Assembly (NCBI GenBank): GCA_963735805.1 | Contig: CAVTMK010000002.1 | Coordinates: 160,001-224,000 of the forward strand | Direction of reading: 5' to 3' | Length of the DNA stretch: 64,000 bases | DNA from: an uncultured Verrucomicrobiae bacterium | GTDB taxonomy: Bacteria > Verrucomicrobiota > Verrucomicrobiia > Chthoniobacterales > UBA10450 | Shown: positions 59,570 to 64,000 of the stretch, one piece after another | How the letters are laid out: each line of letters opens with the position of its first letter | Numbering within the stretch: position 1 is the first letter of the stretch | Translations under genes and position numbers: made by a program | The notes under the pieces: model-generated | What the model saw: the letters and a program-made list of their open reading frames with translations, nothing else | What the model was told of the DNA's origin: nothing | The model's database searches: none

Positions 59570-59598
59570 TGGCCCAAACCCTCTTTTCTTTGGCCTAG
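59570..59598 (+). promoter_or_regulatory. Putative AraC/GATR operator (21-bp-spaced direct repeats)
   Basis: TGGCCCAA 59570, TGGCCTAG 59591. Confidence 0.5.
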
Positions 59599-59667
59599 GG
59601 GAAAAACTTCTTACCGCGTTATACCAAATTCGCACACCATACTCAACGAAACACTAAGGAGAAACTA

Positions 59668-62600
59668 ATGATTAAAAACGTGCTAACTAAACTGGGAGTC
59701 TTTCGCGGAGCCTTCGTGGCGACCGTAGGATTTTCTCTAATCTTTGCCTCGAACGCATTTGCTCAGTTACCGGCTCCTGCGGCGCCGGGAGCAGCGGCAG
59801 GACCCACTACAGCTGAAGTCGAACGTGTCGTTGTGACGGGCTCGAACATTCCTACAGCGGAAGAGACCGGCCCCAATCCAGTGGATACGTATCGACCGCA
59901 GGATATCGAAAAATTGGGTATCCGAAGCACAACCGATCTCCAGGAGTTCATTCCGCAGGAGGCAGGTGGCACGGTGAATACGAACATGGGTAACGGTGGT
60001 GACGGTACCGTCCAGTTCAATCTGCGCGGTCTGTTGCCGAAAGAAACTTTGGTCCTGATCGATGGCAAGCGTGTCGCTTACGGTTCGCTGAACACCGCTG
60101 GTGTCAGCGGGGGTGTTGATATCAACCTGATACCCTTCTCCATGATCGACCACATTGACATTCTCAAAGACGGCGCCTCGGCCGTGTACGGATCGGACGC
60201 TATTTCCGGCGTGGTCAACTTTTTCTTGCTCCACAAATTTCGTGGCTTGGAGATCGGGGCCACTTACGGAAACACAAACATGGGGGCCTCCAATGAAATG
60301 GGCGAGTGGGAGGCATGGATCAAAGCCGGCACCGGAGATGACAAGACCGATATTGTGGTCGTAGCCGATTTTTTCGAGCGCCTCGGTGGTCTTTTCAGCC
60401 GAGACCGCGATATCTCTGCTAACGGGTTCTTCGTTCCGTTTGGAGGATTTGACGTGCGCAGCGGCAATGAACCTGGCCGTGTGCAGGGTACTCGATTGCT
60501 TCCGACCCTGTTTTTCAGCGGAAACACCCCGCCGCCACATTCGGCGCCAAACGCTGCGACTTCTCCATTTTATGCTAGCCCCTTTGCTGTTAATCCAAAT
60601 GCATTCCCGGGCGCACCAGGTATCCACAATCCAAGGGTTACGCTTGACCAGACCGGCACGAAATACCGGGGTGGTGGCAATTACTTCTTCTATAACTTCG
60701 CCGCTGTTACGCCAGCGTTGCCGCCGGGAGACCGCCAGGTGTACTACGGTTCGTTCACCCGCGACCTGTGCGACAAGTACCTGACAGTATTCGCCGACTT
60801 TAAGTATGCGCGTTCGTACTTCGATTCGTCGTTAGCCGCGGCTCCGTTTACACCAGATCCATTTAAGGCGCCGGGCACTAACGCCTTCTTTAGTCCCCAG
60901 GGCATCAGTGTGCCAATTCAGAATCCATTTAATCCATTCACAGTTGGGGATGCGACTCTGGTTATTAACGGCGTGCCAACTCCGATGACAACTGGCGTTC
61001 GTTTTCGCTCACTCAACGATACGGGCTCAAGAAGCGAAAAGTTCACCTATTGGGATCAACTTTTCGATGTCGGTCTGCGGGGTGAGATGGGCGAATTTGG
61101 GGATTACTTCAAGACATGGAACTGGGAAGCGGGTTTCCGTTATTCTCGGAATGAGGGGCAGGATCTGTCCGTTGGCGAAGTGAGCCAGCCCGGGTTGCGC
61201 GATGCCCTGTTGGATACGAATCCTGCGACCGCGTTTAATCCTTTCGGTGGCTTTTTCAGGGAAAACAGCCCAAGGGCCAGGCAATCTGTCTATGTGACAT
61301 TGCATAACTCAGGCGAGTATGAATTGCCTATCTATTACGCCACGATTAACGGCGACCTGTTCAGTCTTCCTGGAGGACCAGTCTCGTTCGCGATTGGCGG
61401 CGAGTACGACGCGCCCAGGTTCACTCGCGATCGTGACGCGCTCAATAACACTTTCCAAAGTATTGGCTCGGTGGACGGGCAAAGCTTCCGTGTGAACCGG
61501 GACATCTGGGGAATCTACGAGGAAGTGCGCGTGCCGTTTACCAGTCCCACGTGGAACTTTCCTGGCTTCTACAGCTTTGAGGTAGACTTTGCCGAGCGGG
61601 AGGAATGGTACAGCAACAATACCTCTGGGGTTCTGCCTTCGGGATTGTTCCCCGGAGGGCCATCAGTGCACACAACGTATAATGCACAGAAGCCGAAGAT
61701 CTCACTTCGCTGGCAACCGCTTGATCCCAAGTATATCGGCGCTGTGACGCTGCGCGGCAGCTATTCCGAGGCGTTCCACGCGCCGACTCTAAGCGAACTG
61801 ACCCCTGCTTCGTCGCAGGGTTTCCCAATCGTGGTCGATCCCTTCTCTACTCAGACTGACCCTCAGATTGAAGAACGCATCCTGGGCAACCCGAACGCGC
61901 ATCCGGAAACGGCTTATGAATGGACCTACGGAATTGTTTACAGCCCGAAATGGGTCAAGGGCCTGACATTGAGCGCCGATTGGTGGCACATCGATATGCG
62001 CGACATCATAACAGCTCTCGGCGCGCAAACCATTCTCCTGGAAAATCCACCGCCAGGACCGGGTGCATCAACCGTTACAAACCCCAACGGGGCGATTGTA
62101 GCCCGTTCTACTGGTAACAACCCGCTTGAGCCCGGCCCAGTCACGCTGGTTGTTGATCCGAGCCAGAACCTCTCTGGCGCGATCTTCGAAGGTCTAGACT
62201 ACGAGGCAATATATATACTGGATTCGACGATCTTTGGCGACGGCGATTGGGGAAGGTTAACCACCACGGTCAACGGCACCTGGTTGTCGCGGGCTGAGTT
62301 TCAAGCTAGCTCCAGTACAAAACGGGTTGGCATCGCGGGTGAATTTTTGCCGCCAGGATTTGCTCTAACCAGTTCGCTGCCGTGGAACCGGGCTAACTTC
62401 AGTATCTTCTACGATGGTCCGGCTGACACATGGATGCAGGGCTTGGATGTGGGTGCGATCGTCCACTGGACTGGTCAGTATGAAGACGACAACGCCAGCC
62501 TTACAGGATCGACGAAGCTAAACGAGCCCCGGAGCGGTGGATTCCCCGACTTTGGTGAGTTACGCGCGCGCAAAGTGTCCGCGTGGACGACGCTCGATCT

Positions 62601-62910
62601 GATTTTGAACTACACATTTAACATGCCACCGCCTGCCCCGGCGGAGGTACCCGGCTATGCCAAGGATGGTGGGAAGAATGTGAAGATGAAAGATGGCAAG
62701 GAGAAGAACGTGGTACCCGTCTCAACAGCCGAGTATGGCTGTAGCAACTGGCAGTGGTGGCTTAATAACACCACCGTCACGCTGGGTATGCAGAACGTGA
62801 CTGACGAGGATCCGCCGTTTGTGGCTGGTTCGTTTGAGAACGGCTACGACGAGTCCATTGCGACTATTAAAGGCCGGTTCTGGTACGTCGGATTAAAGAA
62901 GCGCTTCTAG
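59668..62910 (+). CDS. TonB-dependent outer membrane receptor, copy 2
   Basis: Close paralog of 45012-48239; same AAGGAGAAACTAATG start context; TonB box, plug, terminal Phe. Confidence 0.93.
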   Translation: MIKNVLTKLGVFRGAFVATVGFSLIFASNAFAQLPAPAAPGAAAGPTTAEVERVVVTGSNIPTAEETGPNPVDTYRPQDIEKLGIRSTTDLQEFIPQEAGGTVNTNMGNGGDGTVQFNLRGLLPKETLVLIDGKRVAYGSLNTAGVSGGVDINLIPFSMIDHIDILKDGASAVYGSDAISGVVNFFLLHKFRGLEIGATYGNTNMGASNEMGEWEAWIKAGTGDDKTDIVVVADFFERLGGLFSRDRDISANGFFVPFGGFDVRSGNEPGRVQGTRLLPTLFFSGNTPPPHSAPNAATSPFYASPFAVNPNAFPGAPGIHNPRVTLDQTGTKYRGGGNYFFYNFAAVTPALPPGDRQVYYGSFTRDLCDKYLTVFADFKYARSYFDSSLAAAPFTPDPFKAPGTNAFFSPQGISVPIQNPFNPFTVGDATLVINGVPTPMTTGVRFRSLNDTGSRSEKFTYWDQLFDVGLRGEMGEFGDYFKTWNWEAGFRYSRNEGQDLSVGEVSQPGLRDALLDTNPATAFNPFGGFFRENSPRARQSVYVTLHNSGEYELPIYYATINGDLFSLPGGPVSFAIGGEYDAPRFTRDRDALNNTFQSIGSVDGQSFRVNRDIWGIYEEVRVPFTSPTWNFPGFYSFEVDFAEREEWYSNNTSGVLPSGLFPGGPSVHTTYNAQKPKISLRWQPLDPKYIGAVTLRGSYSEAFHAPTLSELTPASSQGFPIVVDPFSTQTDPQIEERILGNPNAHPETAYEWTYGIVYSPKWVKGLTLSADWWHIDMRDIITALGAQTILLENPPPGPGASTVTNPNGAIVARSTGNNPLEPGPVTLVVDPSQNLSGAIFEGLDYEAIYILDSTIFGDGDWGRLTTTVNGTWLSRAEFQASSSTKRVGIAGEFLPPGFALTSSLPWNRANFSIFYDGPADTWMQGLDVGAIVHWTGQYEDDNASLTGSTKLNEPRSGGFPDFGELRARKVSAWTTLDLILNYTFNMPPPAPAEVPGYAKDGGKNVKMKDGKEKNVVPVSTAEYGCSNWQWWLNNTTVTLGMQNVTDEDPPFVAGSFENGYDESIATIKGRFWYVGLKKRF

Positions 62911-62938
62911 CTTTAACTTTCTCCGCTGGTTAGGTTAT

Positions 62939-62974
62939 AGAGGCAGCCCCGGATGTTTTCGGGGCTGCCTCTTT
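62939..62974 (+). terminator. Rho-independent terminator
   Basis: agaggcagcccc...ggggctgcctct followed by tt; homologous to the hairpin at 48269. Confidence 0.8.
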
Positions 62975-63322
62975 GCTTGGTTGCTCATAGCAAGGGGGTC
63001 CTGCTCAACCAAAGCGACTCTCTCTTGTTAGTCTGGGGCCCCATACTGATGGGAAAGTGTTTGGCGCCCTAAGCCGGGTTATCTTAACAGTTTGAATTTA
63101 GTGCAGCCAGCGTTTGCTGCTCCAGTTTTTCAACATCGCAATACTTAACGCGTTCTGGCCATTCTTCACTGGCATTGTCGTGCACCTGCTGGCCGCGATG
63201 TTTCAGTTTGCACGAATTATTCTACTTCCGCCTTAGGCCTACGGTACCCTAGACTAACGCGTGGTCAGTCATCGACTCTACCTTAACTGTAGCCCCTCGA
63301 CGGCGTCTTACGTGGAAGCGTT

Positions 63323-63766
63323 TTATGCTTGCGCGGACTGATCGGCAGGTTTCCCGCCGAGGCTTTGCAAGAGCGAGGGCAACAAAGCAGCCAATCCCTC
63401 CTGGTGGTCCGCGGCAGGATCGATCTTTCCAGCAGGCGTCAGTTTGTCCACGATTTTTGGCAGATATTCGGCCAGGAAACTTGAGGCCATCGCGGGATCC
63501 ACTCCCATTCTCGCCGCGAGCGCTTTGACTTGGTCTGAACCAAGCGCCTCTTGGATTTGATTGGTGGAAACCGACTGGTTTTCACCCAAGCCAACCCAAG
63601 ATGAGAATGTATTCCCCTGGCCGCTCTGTGAAAATTTGCTGGCCAAACCCTGCAGGCCACCGCATTGCGTGAGGAGACCGCTGAGAACTCCGATGAGCGG
63701 AGCCGCTTTCTCAGACGTGTCGCCTTTTCCACTAACTGCGCTAAGTATCGAATCAAGTAATCCCAT
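63323..63766 (-). CDS. YidB (DUF937) family protein
   Basis: MGLLDSILS, GGLQGL, SWVGLGENQ, LPKIVDKLTPAG. Confidence 0.85.
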   Translation of the reverse strand: MGLLDSILSAVSGKGDTSEKAAPLIGVLSGLLTQCGGLQGLASKFSQSGQGNTFSSWVGLGENQSVSTNQIQEALGSDQVKALAARMGVDPAMASSFLAEYLPKIVDKLTPAGKIDPAADHQEGLAALLPSLLQSLGGKPADQSAQA

Positions 63767-64000
63767 AATCTTAATGGTCCTTTCGTATGTGCATTTGTTT
63801 CTTCGAATAAAAATTGAAGCTGCGCCAAGCTTCGCGGGAAGAATATCGGACCGAAGTAAGTCTCAACAAGTCAAATTCAACGTGCGTCGAGGGCGCATAC
63901 TACTTGTCAGTGGAAGAGTTGTCATACCCATTACCGTGGACTTCAAACTCCATTTGTTCGGTGTCATGAAGACGGCCGTAATCTACGGTGAGCCGGCCTC

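Noticed and set aside
63155..63177. CTGGCCATT/CTGGCATT pair as a fourth MocR-type box
   Set aside because: Spacing is 14 bp rather than 23 bp and it lies between convergent genes
455..63828. Numerous antisense and alternate-frame ORFs in the track
   Set aside because: They shadow well-supported genes in GC-rich DNA and show no recognisable motifs

Overview
This 64 kb window is bacterial chromosome of moderately high GC. Its gene content suggests a soil Verrucomicrobiota (Chthoniobacterales-like) organism; that is inference, based on the kinase-TolB-TPR fusion, PT/PRP-tailed secreted proteins and TonB receptors with a KDGK loop. No rRNA, tRNA, CRISPR array, integrase or transposase was recognised. 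The left ~40 kb is a mosaic of stand-alone genes: repeat-rich secreted proteins, an ECF sigma factor with a Ser/Thr kinase, hydrolases, GNATs, a MATE transporter, mtnA with a class II aldolase, and a Cys-less MsrB homologue. It carries many copies of a GTAG-type REP palindrome; two supply gene stop codons and two insertions sit in-frame inside genes. The right ~24 kb looks like one regulatory and uptake locus. Two copies of a module (GlxA/GATR-type AraC regulator followed by a ~1080-aa TonB-dependent receptor and terminator) bracket two tandem MocR regulators and a redox/stress cluster (exported msrA-msrB, a CxxC micro-peptide, NIPSNAP, YdeN, DUF899, SRPBCC, PD40, GNAT). Two distinct direct-repeat motifs (21-bp and 23-bp period) were found by eye in its promoter regions, suggesting a MocR -> AraC -> TonB-receptor cascade. 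All calls come from motif recognition; no database searches were run.
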